Shown: positions 49,850 through 62,609 of the stretch, one piece after another
Layout: every line of letters starts with the position of its first letter
How positions within the stretch are numbered: position 1 is the first letter of the stretch
The notes under the pieces: model-generated
The model's database searches: none
Seen by the model: only the letters and a program-made list of their open reading frames with translations
Told to the model about the DNA's origin: nothing
Program-made: the position numbers and the translations under genes
Source of the DNA: Raillietiella orientalis
Taxonomy: Eukaryota
Direction of reading: 5' to 3'
Assembly: GCA_036172245.1 (NCBI GenBank)
Contig: JAYWIR010000003.1
Coordinates: 4,340,001 to 4,404,000 of the forward strand
Length of the DNA: 64,000 nucleotides

Positions 49850-52380
49850 GGGGATCGATGCCGGGAAACCTGGCGAGGAAGATTGCTCCAACAAATACGT
49901 CTCCTAGGTTATCTTCCGAAGAGAGAGGAGAGGGGGATCAAGGCGGAGGAGTCAATTCGAGAAAATGAAAACAGAGCAGATGATGATGAGGGGTACCGGA
50001 TGCAAATGGTGTGTAGTGCCGGACGGTGACGCGCCTCTCTCCGAAGGAAGCGCTCCGACAGGTCGTCGCGTAGCAACCGTTGCGTGCACAGAGACACCTG
50101 CTTTGCCTGCACCCTGCTCCCGGCGCCCTCTTCTTCCCGTGAGGGCATCCTGGAACCAACCGCTCCCGACCTGCTTCGTCTGATGCCTTGAGGGTACTGT
50201 CCGCGGCTGCGCAGGAAGGTGTAGCTGGGGACGGAACTTCTCAGCGCGAAACTTTCAGTTTTCGACCAAGCTAACGTGTGCTGAAAGAGGAGAAAGGAGG
50301 GGTGCTGTAATCGAGGCTAGGACCTTGGACCAAGGTCAGCGGCTCCACCACTCGTCGGACCCTTTCCGGGAGCAGCAGCTTCAGGGGACAAGACGGAGTC
50401 CTTATTCCCCTCACGGACTCGGCTCATTCGCAGCACAGGGATGCTGGCTGCTGCCTGCGGCAGCAGCCAGCGGATGGGGTCCAAGTGGTTGCAGGGAAAA
50501 CTCCGCCTCTGGAGCCGAAGACTTATCGTACGAGGGGAGGAGGAGGGGGACGTGACTTCCAGAGGTGCTCGGCTGCAAAAGCAGGGGAAATCGGGGCTTG
50601 GAGGATACGCCTCCAGGAAGGGCGCTCTCCTGAGTCCTGGTGAACTCCCCAGCCTCCAGAGGCGGGGAGACTGAAACTGCTGCAGAACTTCACAGCCTTT
50701 CCCAGGTTGTTCGTAAGGAAGGAGCTAACTCGAAACGGGAAGTCGAGGAGGCAGCCTCGTGCAAGAGGCTTGACGTGAGAATTGATCTCCAGAGTCCTTG
50801 AAGAGCAGACGAACCATCGAAGATCCCGTGGTTGATCTGTGGCTTGGCGCCAGCTTCATCAGCAGATGGCCGCCTCGTGTCCACATCTGTCCCTAGCCCT
50901 GCGAGCCGGCATTTCTTCCATGAAAAGTAGCTTCTGAAGATGGCAACGGACGCGCATTAATCAGAACAACCAGGAGACCTCCGAATTCCTATGGGGGAGG
51001 GGGACAGAGGAAGGGGAGAGGAAAGCAGACGACCGCTCAAACCACTTGAGTTACCAGGACAACGCTCTCCTCATCCGCGAGCACGCGTCAGTCCAGACGA
51101 ACGGGGTCGTCGATGGCTTTAGCAGCGACCCATTCGTGACGCGCTCTTGGAAAGCGGACGGGAACGGCGAAGCAAGGAGGAGCTGGGAGAACCAGTGCTG
51201 GGCTTGCAGACAGAAAACCCGGCGCGGAGGTTGGCAAGCGCCAGCACACGACAGAGCACGCGTGGGACACTCGTGGAAGATTCTTATGTGGCAAAAACGC
51301 TGGAGAAGCCCTTCTTCCGAGAAAGGATCTCTGCAGTTTGTGCACAGCGCGGAGTAGCAGCCTTCCAGATGATCGCAAGTAGCACGTTCCAGACCCTTGG
51401 CCAGGATGAATGAGGCCAATGGCGACTACTTACGCGGTAATCAGAAGGCACCAGCTGGGTGAACCGCGGCCATTCCAGGCGAAACTATCCGAACAGCGGC
51501 TGCTGCCCGGAGCACCCAAAATTCGCTCTCCCACCCGCGACAAGAGAGAGACCGAAGTCTTGGAAAGCTTCTTCTAGAACCTGGTTCGTCACCAAGGGCG
51601 CAGGGTGTTTAAAGGCACAGAGTGGGCCTTCCTGAGCTCCAGAATCGGGAAGCACCCAAGAAGCGCTTGCTTCTTCTTCAGAGGATGCCTCAGCCTTCCT
51701 AACCTGCCGGATGAGGCAGGCGGAGGCAGCAGCTCTTCCAGGCTGCTGCGGAGACATCGCCGGACCCCGCGGACTCTACCCACACTGTAGGGAGACAAGA
51801 TGTCTGTGGAGGGTCGAGAACACGAAACAGGAGAGCTGTCCGGAGATATCACCCAGAGGGACCTTTCGGACTTGGAAGATGCTCGTCCGGCGTCAACACG
51901 GCCGGATTCCTGCGGCCGGGTAAGGACGCGAGGAGTCTGTGGATGGGACAGGGGCGACTGCTGCCCTCGAGACGACGGAACTTCGACGGCAGGAGGCCAA
52001 AGGTTGCCTCCGGAGATCCCACCTTCGATGAAACTGTGAGGAGAAAACTCTCACCACCGGACTGCTCAGGCTGCGACGTGGAGAGGCGTGGCTTTCCATC
52101 ATGGAAGATGTCTCGACCAGGAGTGAGGCGCAACCTCCACGGGCCGGTTTCCGCCACAGTGGTCCGAGCGCAGACCACTGCCACGCGCGTGGTCTGCGTA
52201 CGGAGGCAGCGGCAGCTCCGACCGCGGATGTGCGGCCTCTCAAACTGAACATCCCTCGGGATATCCGCCACGTGCTTGATCACCGAACGACAGCAGGACC
52301 CCCGCAAACTCCGCGATGAGCTGGCGAACCCTCCCAGGAGGACGACGGCAGGGTACTGAGAGATGCTGGCATCCAACCGA
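49850..52380 (+). mobile_element. Decayed, internally deleted LINE (ORF1, EN, RT, zf-RVT)
   Basis: 'IRLLGYLP', 'TCFAC', 'VRID', RT 'VDGFSSDPFVTRSWKADG', zf-RVT 'PDCSGCDVE'. Confidence 0.5.
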
Positions 52381-52529
52381 CCAATCCCCGGGACGGACCT
52401 GGAGTCTCCGGCACTGAACTAGCGCTGTGGGACGAGAAGCGAGGAGCTGCCCTCGGGGTCGCCCACCCTACTGAAGGAGACCCAGCGGCATAGGAATAAG
52501 AGACCAGGAGGAGGAGCAGTCGGTTGCTT

Positions 52530-52950
52530 CTTGGGAGTGGCGCCTATGCGCAAGCGGATGAGGTCTTCCATCGCGGAGCTCACTGGAGTCCGATGGACCA
52601 CGGGAGGTCAGCGCGTTCCGCTAGACGCCCTCCGCTGGAAGAAGCTGAGGGGGAGGAGGCGCCTTCGCCGATTCCTCTGCTGGTACCTGCGCAGGAGAAA
52701 GCGCGCGAACCGGCCTCTGCAGGGCATGAGGTGGGACTCCCCGACCCTTCGAGCGCACATTCGAGCCGGGTCGACGACGCCGGCGGGGAGGGTCCCGGCC
52801 GCGCCAGGTTTTCCCCACGTTTCGCGAGGACTGCCGGTCGCAGCCAAGTGCGCGCTCTGGAGCGCGATACTCCCTCGCCGGTGGGCCGGTGGTTCCCCGC
52901 AGACGCCACGGAAAATAGAAACTGGGAAGTCCCGTGGATTCCTACCCGAG
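52530..52950 (+). mobile_element. Decayed LINE ORF1 remnant
   Basis: 'LQGMRWDSP...PGFPHVSRG'. Confidence 0.45.
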
Positions 52951-53139
52951 GCGAACTTTCGAAAGGCAGTCAAGTTTTCCCTGGCCCCTAGGAACGGCTC
53001 TCTCCTCCTCTTCCTCCTCCTCTCGAAGAGCAACAAAGGAACGAGCGTTCCTCGCGGAATGCCTTTCAAAACTTTGATCCAGACGGGAGCAGAAGGGGAA
53101 GGAACCTTCCTGGAGCATCAGCTGTCTTGCAAGAGTTTT

Positions 53140-54620
53140 AATTAATTCCGTACAACCCGGGCGTGAAGGAGCTTTCTGCAGCGTGTCTTCTGCATTTCTC
53201 CCCGAAGGGTTGTCAGACTCTTGCAGCACGCGAGAAGGAGCTCTTGATGCTGCATTTCATCTGCAGAGGGGTTTGATCTCAAGGAAACAACATTTCCGTG
53301 GTACAGATCAGCTTCCCACTCCGGGCTAGAGGAGCCTTTCCCGCACACCTTCCTTGCTGCTGCCCGGCGTCCCGTTTGCTGGTCTGCGTAGCAACGCCAC
53401 GAATTTCGTTCACAGCTTTGCTGCATCAGGAACATCCTCCGCGATTTCTGGCGTGCCCGGTCATTCGGGCGGACACGTGCAAGCAAAAATGGCCCGGCGT
53501 GGGGCACGAACGCAGTGTAGATTAGGGAGGAGGAAAAGGAGGAATTCTCCTGATTTCCAGCCTATCCTCCCTCTCTCTCCTTCTCCCAGGGACGTCACGT
53601 ATGCAGGATTGCTGGCGGCGGCCCATTCGGCGTTTCCAGTGGATTGCCCTGCAGCTCTGGACGCTGCTCGTTACCATTCTCGAGAGTTCCGCTCGCCCCT
53701 GCGGTACTTGAAGCTCCTTGGAGACCTTGCCGCCTTCCGCAACCCGTGATCCCCGAGGGCGCGAACCTTCCTGAAGGAGGGTTCGCGGACAAGCACCCGG
53801 ACCCTTCTTCAAATACCGCTGGGTCGTCTTCGAGAGAGCAGGCGACCCCGAGAGCGGCTACTCTCTCCTCGACTTGCAGCGCCGGGTCAGGTTGGAGGCC
53901 TGAGGCCGCCGTCACCAGGGGTCAGGTGGAAGGCCCTGGTGCCGCCGTTGCATCCTCCACGGACGCTGACCCAAGAGCTGATCCGGGGGACGAGTGCTTC
54001 CGGCGTCGGATGAGGAGCACTGCGATGGTTCCAGCCGCGTCTTCCTTCAGGATCCTCACAGATTGCATCCCGGAATAGGGTGCAACAGGTTGGGGGACGC
54101 CAGCTGTCCCCATTGGCTGCGCGTGCCCGCGGTGTCTCGCGAAAATTCGCGGCTGGATGCAGTCCGCTTCGGGGAAGTGGAAAGTAAAGTCTGGAGCACG
54201 CGAGGAACCCTCTTGCGCCTCGTACGGCGGGACGCCTGGATGGCTGTCGAGTTGTTCACCTCAGGCAAGGCGGATGAAACAGGGCAGCGAAGAGGTCAGT
54301 CCTCAAGAGACCTTCGAGGTGCACCTTCCCATCGGACCACCCTTTGTAGAGAAAGACCTCGGCTCCATGGAACCTGGTCTGGTACGCGACTCCCTCTATC
54401 CCCTTAAAGATGGGTCGAGAACCTCTTCTGCCTCCCGGGCACTGCAGCGAGTAACTCTCGACTTCCTTCCGTAGGGACGGCTCGCTTGCCCGTAGAGTGG
54501 CAGCTTCGGTTTTTCAGTCCCATTTTCTCCTTGCTTCCCATCCTGCAGCGTGCAACTCGGGTGCAGGTATGCTGCAAGTACATCTCCGAAAACCAAAAAG
54601 AGATCTGATTCCTCCACAAT
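53140..54620 (-). mobile_element. Decayed LINE ORF1 + endonuclease
   Basis: 'SSLPCFIRLA*GEQLDSHPGVP' (ORF1 IPSF...YPGQP-like); EN-like ORF 53142..53507. Confidence 0.4.
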
Positions 54621-54849
54621 CCATCACAGAAAGCCGGAACGCGAAGGAGCGAGTAGCAAAGGAACGGGAGAAGGTTGCAGTCACGAGGAGTTTCGGGAGC
54701 GGAGGTGTGCCCTCTCTCGTCAGCGACGGTTGTCAGGGGAAAGAAGCAAAGAGGCGCAGACGGCAGGAGGCTGGAAAGGGAAACCCAGCAACCCCGAAGT
54801 GGATTAGATGACACCGAGTCAAGCACCCCCCTCTGCAAAACCATCTATT

Positions 54850-55480
54850 ACCCGAGGAGCTGGCTCTGACCGACGACATCCAAGGGTCTTCCAGAGTTCA
54901 AGAATGCGAACCTTCCGGTCAAGGAAAGGGGGAAGACCGGCAGAGCGGAGGGAGGCGACGCGAGGCGCTGACATGGAGGTTTAAGTCCCACTTGAGGGTT
55001 TTCGGACCACTGGAGGGAAGAAGAATGGGAGGGCGGGGCTGCCAAAGACAAGTGGAGACGGATGATAGCAGCAGTAAGGATGGTGGGTTGCTTAGCGAGA
55101 GGAGGATAGTTGCCTCGGAGACGACTGCACGCCGACTCGGAGAGCTCCAGAGTATCCGAAGAGGCGGTCTTCTTGGGGAAACAAGGTATTTGAACCTTCA
55201 CTCCAGCACGCGGAGGTTTCATGAGGCGGAGGTCGCCAGCATGAGCCCCTGGACCGGAGCGACGCCGAGTCGGACCGAGTTCCGTTGCTTGGAAATGGAA
55301 CACATTGCAGCATGCTTCCGGATGCGTCTCCTCTGATGCTTCCTGGTTTGACCTCGGGAAGGCAGCGACCACCTGCTTCCTGCACCTTTTCATTCCTGTT
55401 GCAGCCCCCGACCGTTTCTTCATCTGCTCCTGACCTCCGGTGGCAATGCGATTTCTTCGCCATCCGAATTCGTTCTCTCC
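54850..55480 (-). mobile_element. LINE ORF1 N-terminal remnant, related to 57930-58530
   Basis: 'MLQCVPFPSNGT' vs 'MLQCVLFPSNGT'; nucleotide match of ~55278-55324 (reverse complement) to ~58098-58144. Confidence 0.55.
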
Positions 55481-55599
55481 CCCACCGCGTCCACCCCTCA
55501 CCTTCGCCCTCTTTCCCTCGAGCTCTCAATGAAAAAGAGGAATTTTCTATCTCTGCTTTTCTCTTTCGATCTGCGTGTCCTGGAAACGGACCTCTCCTC

Positions 55600-57290
55600 C
55601 GTTGCCGTCAGTCCGCCGCCGAGGTACGACGAAGACGACTCATCAATCACAGGACTCCAGGGACCATCTCCAGGGTCCATATGGAGGTATACAGCTTCTC
55701 GTGGCGCCCTGGTGATGGTGAGTCCCTTCTCTCCTGGTATCCACCTGGAGGAGGGCTTCAATGGACCCTTCCGATTTCGACCGAACGTTGAGGTACTCTC
55801 AGGGAGCGGAATCTCTGCTCCCAACCGCGGATAGCAACATCCTTGCTTTTGGTCCGAAAAGGAAATCCCTGAGGAGGCAGAAGATTTCTCTCCCCCTGGA
55901 AGCGGGCTGAATGCATTTCCTTCGGTAGAAATTTCCTCCACCCTTTCAGATGAGGGCATCGGAAGCTGCTCGCATCTTCCACGGAAAGTCCAGATCTCCG
56001 GGATTGTCCCTCAGAGATCTCTCCCTGGAGCAGACTATTACCTGCTCCTTTCGCGTGCCGGAAGAAGCCCGCGGGTCGCTCCGGGAGGCCATGTGCAGGA
56101 AAATCCCTTCAGGCGACGAGGCGGAGAAAGCAGGGATGGCCGAGCTCCGCGCCGCCACCGCACCCTCTCGCGAAAGGTGCTGCGTCTCCTATGCCGCCAC
56201 CTCGGCACAGGGCGGGTCTGATGCTTCCCGTTCCGCTTCGGGAGACACGTGATGCACTCCTGATCCACTTTCGCGCTCCCGGTCTTTCGTGACCCGCCCT
56301 CCGGCACGCCCCATTCGCTGCTCTGACTCCGACGTTTCTCCCTCCCCCTTCTGCTCCTTGCGAAGCGGGAGGGCGTGCCGGAAGTGCTCTCTCAGATGAT
56401 AAATGCGTCCCTCTCCTCCCCGTCCTCCGTCTACCGTCGGCACGACTGCCTCTCAAGAGGCCACGAAAGTGGCGTCGTCGCACAGCAACCGCTCCCGCCC
56501 TCCTCCCACGCGGAGAGAATGCCTGGACGGTCCCTTTTTGAGGGTGAAAAGAGGGAGGTCTGCAGCCGACAGGAGTTGGAGGGTTGCATCCCGGGGTCTC
56601 CGGGCAAGGAAGGTACAGACAGGGGGGTGACAACCTCCTCCCCCTCCGAGGAAGCGTCGGGGCCTCACCCGGTGGGTGGACCCGGAGGTCGCATGGTGCG
56701 ACGGCGGGCAGTCGAGGGGGATCTGGCTCGGGGTGCAACGGCTAGAAGAGCAGGAGGGAGCGGTTGAGGTCGCTCTCGAAGCTGCGAAACGATCCCACCA
56801 ACACCGGAGGGGGAGGAGGGGAGAAAGGACCACTTCTAAGAGTCCCTCGCCTTCGCTTCCCGGTGCGCGCGTAAGTACGGGCGGGAGAAGGGAGCGAGGA
56901 GGAGATCGCACGGAGGCCTCACGCAACGGTGACCTGGACGCGTTTCCGGCGCGGGAAAGGTGCGGCGTTCGGGTGGTCGTTGAAGGGGTACGGAGGGAGA
57001 TTCTGACAGCCGAGATCCTAGGGAGAACCGGACACAACCGTCCAGCCGGAGACGCTGCCCAAACGGGAGGGCCTCCGGAAAAAGGTGAGCCACTGCGATG
57101 CTCCCCATGAACTGGGGTCCGCCAGCTAGCGGTAGGGGTGGCCGGAACGTCCCGCCCTTGGTTCGACGAGCCTTCGATCTCGTCGCTACCCGATGCGGTG
57201 AAGCGGGAAGCGGGCGCGTCTTCCTGGAATGGGAGCTCTCCCTGAACAGACTCGTTGGGCACGTGGGAGAGTGGTCAGCGGTGCAGAAGG
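55600..57290 (+). mobile_element. Decayed LINE ORF2 (endonuclease + RT)
   Basis: 'GISAPN' (IYAPN) and 'RRAFDLV...GSGRVFLEW' (RT KAFD region). Confidence 0.5.
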
Positions 57291-57417
57291 AAGGGGTGAC
57301 GCGTAAATAAAATGGGGTGTGCGACAGATGAAAAGGGAGAAGGGGGACCCACGCGGGGAATGCAGTCAACGGGGTGCACAGAGTCATGTCCTTTCACTGC
57401 CAGTTCCCGGAAGGCGA

Positions 57418-57466
57418 AGAAACGGCCCCTAGCAAGGCTTCCTCCCCCTTGCTAGGGGCCGTTTCT
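57418..57466. repeat. Perfect 20-bp inverted repeat, 9-nt loop
   Basis: AGAAACGGCCCCTAGCAAGG-cttcctccc-CCTTGCTAGGGGCCGTTTCT. Confidence 0.97.
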
Positions 57467-57929
57467 CCGGAAGCTGCCTGAAGGCAGCCGCCAGAGGCGT
57501 GGCCTCCCCGTGCCCTGCAGACCGGTCTTCGCCTCCCTGCTTGTGGCGCTGTCGCAATCCCGCGGGCTGAGCGTCACTGCGGCGTCCTGACCACCGCGAC
57601 TGCAGGAAGTGCCCCTAAGGGAACAAGCAAACTCCTCAGGAGGTTCTATGGAGGCGTCGGTTGGGGTGGGGGGAAGAGGGCTGCAACCAGCAGCACTTTC
57701 CGTTTCAGCTAGCATCGTGGTCCGTAAGGTCTGGGAAGGCGTCCCCATTCCCTCTGTCGAGGAAGCAGACCGCACAGTAACTTCCGATGACGAAGTCCCA
57801 CACTGGAGCTTCAGGCGTGCGTCGAGCAGGACGGCGGAATGCACCCTCGAGGACGTGTCCCTCCTCATCGAGGGCAGTGGGGATCCTCCATAGTACGGAG
57901 CATCTCGACTTCTCCCCAAAAGGGGCTCT

Positions 57930-58530
57930 AAAACCGGGAGAGCGAAAGGGGGAGGCAGAAGCCATCAGCCGGCGGGAGGTCGCTCTCGTCTCCTGGATGA
58001 TGTCTCCGAGGCGAACGAAGGTGGATGGAACCGAACGGCTCGTAATGAAGCGCGTGGACTTGGAGTGAGGTCAAACCAGAAAGTGTCAGGGGAGATTCAT
58101 CCGAAAGCATGCTGCAGTGTGTTCTGTTTCCAAGTAACGGAACCTGGCTGGCCGAAGATCCCTTCAGGAGCAGCGTGCCTACCCCTTTCCCTGCATCCCA
58201 TCAAAGATCCTTCCACATGGCGCGAAGGGATCCTCCCTCGAAAAACGAGGGAGCGCAGCGCTCCCCACGGGAGAACGGGAAGGCGTCCACCCCGACGCTG
58301 CTGCCGCGGGAACGATCCACCAGCTCCGACACGCCACCAGCAGGCGGGTCGGTGGTCGGGCTCTCCGGGAATGGGAAGCCGGCCCGCCGCTAGCAGGAGG
58401 AGAGGGGGGAAGGGAGGAAGAGGAGCAGAGGAGTGGTCTGAAAGTGAAAGATGGTGTAAAAGCGCGTTCCGCACCGGGAAGCCGAGGCGGCCGGCCAAAG
58501 CTCTTTCCGCACTCTCGAGGAAGAAAAATC
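57930..58530 (+). mobile_element. LINE ORF1 N-terminal remnant
   Basis: Homologous to 54850-55480. Confidence 0.5.
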
Positions 58531-59061
58531 CCTGAACTCCAAGAATAAATCCTTTCCCTTCTCCTCCCCGGATTACGATGCGCCGCCAGCGCCGCCGGAG
58601 CGGGCAAGGTGTGACAGCTGATTTATCGGCTTATTGAGGGAGAAATCAGAAGAAACCGCGGAAGGCACTTTCGAGTTGAGGCGCAAATTGATGAAGAGAG
58701 TCGGGGAGGGAATCGGAAGAAGCGGACGAGAGCGCCCCCGCTCAGGAAGGCGGATGGAACCGCTCTCGACGAGGTGGGAGATCGGCAGCCGCAGAATGAA
58801 GAAAAATTGTCCGGAGGAAGAACGCGGACGCCTGGAGGAGGAGGAGGAATGCCGGAGAAAGGGGATCCGGGACGGCGCGCACCCGTCCGACCGGGAAGTC
58901 GTCAGACTAGTCTCCTCGAGCCTGCCCGAGAAGCGGGTGGGGCGCGAGAGACGAGAGTCCGACGGTCGCGCGCTGTTACGGAGGCTGCTCCACCAGCGCG
59001 GGTATCCGGGGTCGTGATCGACGAGGGAGCGGCGCTGAGGAGCAGTCAACCCGCGTTACGA

Positions 59062-59560
59062 AGGGGTTCGCGTTGGCCGTCCCGTGGCTGCAGTCTCCGC
59101 CCTTGGCACCGAGGGTCACGGGTTCGATTCCCGCCCGTGGAAGGAAGGATCGACGCCTAGAAATGAGGCGTGCGTCGTGGGTTTCAGTTTCCCCCGCAAC
59201 ATGACGCTGGCTGACCTATTTAGATGCGGCAGTGGTGCAAGCGGGAAACTCACGACTGCCCCCGGTGGCCGGGGTTGGAAGCTGACCCTCTGGGGTTCTT
59301 CCAGCAATCAAGGATTCCTTCGGAGTTTTCCTCTTGTTTCGTGAAGGAAGCCGGTTGATGCCCCCCTCAAGAGGTTGCCTCTCTAGAAGCACGCTGCTCC
59401 CTTCGGGAAGCGCCCTTCAAAGAAATTGGGAAGCGTCCCTTCGGAGTTCTCATCCGAGGAGAACCAGCAAGGAGAGAGAATCCCTTCCGGATCCCCTCAG
59501 GGGAGGAAATGAGGTGTTCCCTTCTGGAGGTTCCTTCGGTGGGAACAAGGAAACTGGGTG
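59062..59560 (+). mobile_element. tRNA-headed leader, copy C
   Basis: T-arm-like CGGG-TTCGATT-CCCG (B-box 59121-59131), core 59267-59314, GCTCCCTTCGGGAAGC at 59396-59411. Confidence 0.8.
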
Positions 59561-60240
59561 AGATGGGCTGGGAGAACCTGAACGAGGAGTCTGAAGCGTC
59601 TGGCGCTGCTCCGGAACTCCGAGGCGGAAAAAGAAGCGCCTTCGCCTCTGTGGTCACGCGGGAGACCACCGCCGAGTCAGATCATCAGGAAAACGACCAA
59701 GGGGCCAGGAGGGTGTGGTTTCTGGAACTTCGCGGACAGGAGGACCGCCAAACTAGCCTGCGGTTGCTGGGAGAGACCGGGTGCACGGCTACCAACCGGC
59801 AGTTGGTAGGACAGGTCTCCATGTAAGGAAAAATGCAGAAGAACGGATATTCCATGCTTTTCTTCTTCTTTGAACTCTGCACAGCAGTGCTGGAGGAAAA
59901 TCTTCAGCAGTTGACCCTCAGAGGGGGACCCACGCTGAGGACAACCTGATCCTCCTAGAGGAAGATCTACAACTCCAAGGATGACAGCCGCCTCGAGGGC
60001 TGCAGATACCTGAGAGCGAGCAAAGCGATGGTGGAAGACCTCGACACACTTAAGTGAGTTGAAAGACTCCCAGAAGAGCTGGAGAGCGAACGGGAAGAAT
60101 TCTGGAAACAAGTCACGGTTCGACTAGAGTCCCGTCCCGGAAGAACCCGATGCGGCGCCCGCCTCCTCAGCTGTGCCGACTTGGAGTGAGCCGAGGGGCA
60201 CTCCAAGCGCTTGATGCGCCTCAGGAGGAAAGATGAGCAG
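59560..60240 (+). mobile_element. Decayed LINE ORF1 downstream of leader copy C
   Basis: 'KRSAFASVV' (typical SY/FASVV ORF1 start) and later 'SRPGRTRCGARLLSC...EGH' knuckle remnant. Confidence 0.55.
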
Positions 60241-60294
60241 AGGGAGGCTCCTGGTCAGTCGCATGCTGCTGCCACGGCCAACCGGCGCCCTGCA

Positions 60295-60400
60295 AGGGTA
60301 TGACGCATCACCCTCGATCGTCGATCCTCCACTGGGAGATTCGAACCCGCGACGCCTGATGACGCGGCGCTCCTCTCCTCGGCGCAGCGCCGCTCTTCCT
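60295..60400 (-). mobile_element. Head-only copy E of tRNA-like leader
   Basis: 'gtcgcgggttcgaatctc...ggaggatcgacg...tgcgtc' matches the heads of copies A-C (B-box complement at 60338-60347). Confidence 0.6.
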
Positions 60401-60449
60401 CAACACGGGTGACGACCCGGCTCGCTAGCAAAGCGCGTGCCTAGGGCAT

Positions 60450-62100
60450 CTCCAAGGTTCCCCACAGGGAAGGGAAAACAGCCAGGGTCGCTCCTTGGGG
60501 ACGTCCGAGCGCGAAGGCAGGCGCGCACCAGTCCATCACGCGGCGCTTCGATTTGTCGACGCCGCCGCCGACCTCATCGGAATGGTCCGTGAAGGAAATT
60601 TGGTCCTCATCCTCGTTCTCGATGCGTCCTCCACCACTTGCTTTCATCTCTTTCCATCCAATCTTGGCGTGACCTCTGAACTTTGCTGCAGATGCAGCAG
60701 CATTCCAGTCTTTTCTTGGAACAGGTCTTCAGGCGTCTCAAGAGTGAAAAACGAAAAAGGCAGGTTGGCGTCGAGCATTCCCATGCAAAGCTGGTGGCAT
60801 CTACCACCTTTGCTGCAAGCTTCTTCTGTCTTGCGATCCACGTCAAAGGCGCGGGGCAGGTGAATCCGGCGACACTCGAATCTGGAGGAGGGGGAGAGCA
60901 TCCCCCAACACCGGTCGAAAAGGGCGGTGGGACTCCAGACGGGACTGCCAGCAGAACGGATCCGGCCTCAACAATGCGCGGATGGCGAAAGCTGCGTTGT
61001 CATGGCCGTGAGGTGCCGTTCATCTCCAAGCCACGTGGACCTGGAAGTTCGAGAACTTGAATCGGCCCTCGTGTCCTGGGGGTTGCCGGGAGCTGACAGC
61101 GAGTTGTTCCCTCAGCACGGGGAAACCGAGCGCAGCCAGGTTGCCACTGTACTGAGAGGTCAAAGGGATTTTGCTAATTCAGTGCAGCGGAAGGAAGAAG
61201 GGACTCTTCGGGCTAAGGAACCAGAATTCTCCGAGCTGGTTCTCCCTTGCTGCACCCCCGTGGACGGGAGCAGGAAATCATCACATCTCTATGCGTCGAA
61301 CTTGGCGCCGCGGTAGGAAATCTCTTGTTGGCTGGGCATGGGTTTGTGCAGCCTCTGTCTCGATAGAGGAATGTGACGTGGAAGGGATAACGCCCAGGAG
61401 GCGAGAGAGGAATCCTGGAAAAAGGATCCGCATCAGGTCACACCCACCCTAAAGAGTCACTGTTCAAGAAGGGTCACTGGACACCTTGCAACCCGTCTAT
61501 AAGTCAACGGACAGGAAGCCTTGGCGCTGCGGAGACTGAGAAGTGGTCTCTACTGCTTGGCTGCAAGCAATCAGGGAGCTCCAGTCAGTTCCAGGCCTAT
61601 CCCGGTCCAGGCAAAATCAGTTCGTCACACTGGACGCCAGCCTTTTTCTCTGAAAATGCGGCAACAGTGTTTTGGGGATAAACCCGGGAAGATCAGGAGT
61701 CAGACGGCTGGTTTCCTCTTGTCCACCACCGAACTTCCTGCCACGGTGAATAAGGGTTCTGGAGATTTACTCTGTCGTGGCTCCCGCACTTGGGATCGAC
61801 TGGACCATGTCCAGAGGCTATTTGCACAGACTCCGCCTCTGCGTCGGACCTCCCGGATCTCTCTGGAGCATCCGCTGCCATTACGGAGGTGCTGCGCCGT
61901 CTTCTCCCAGACTGACTCCTCGCACGCGAGCAGTAGCTCGCCATTCCCCGCCAGTGCAAGCGCACCAGGAAGCAGGGACTTCGCCATCGAGGTGGTTGGA
62001 TGCCCCTTTTCGACCCACCTTAGCGACCCGTCCTCCCGGTCATCCGCACCGGCAGGCGAGCCGCCCCACGCTTTCTTCCTGCCGGATCCCTCCCGAATCC
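60450..62100 (+). mobile_element. Decayed LINE ORF1 end + endonuclease
   Basis: 'MVREGNLVLIL' (ORF1-like) and 'HLYASN' (IYAPN-like, ~61283-61300). Confidence 0.4.
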
Positions 62101-62609
62101 CGCGACCACCTCCTGTAGATAAGCCGTCCTGAGCTCTCGACAGATGGTTTCGCGCTTCTCCAGCGTCCCATCTCCCTCTGCGCAGTTACGAGAAAGTGGT
62201 TGCTAGGAAGGGCGCAGCTCTCGTGGGTTCCGCACATAGAAGTGCAGAAGGCAGAGCGGAGATAGCAGCACCTTTTGGTCGTCGCGCCGTCTACACGCGT
62301 CCACCTTCATGTAGGCCAAGGAGAACCCCTCCTGGTTATCGGCGATAAAGCATCATCGGAACAACGAGGAGGAATGCTGCACGCAGCATCTGGGAAAGCG
62401 GGGAATAATATATCCCTGACAGAAGGGCACTCTGATCAGGGGAGGAGGACCACGACCCGAATGCAGTCGTCGCACCCTGTTTCCAGCCGCTTCCTGTTTC
62501 TGCAGGGAGGGAGGGATATCAGCAGTATTCCAGCGCCAGATTCGCGCAGCCTCCTGTCAGCACAAGATGCGCGAAGCAATGAAGACCGCTCTTGCGGAAG
62601 GCTCCGAGT

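Noticed and set aside
59062..59140. Intact tRNA gene
   Set aside because: Only the T-arm/B-box is convincing; no clear acceptor stem, D-arm or terminator.
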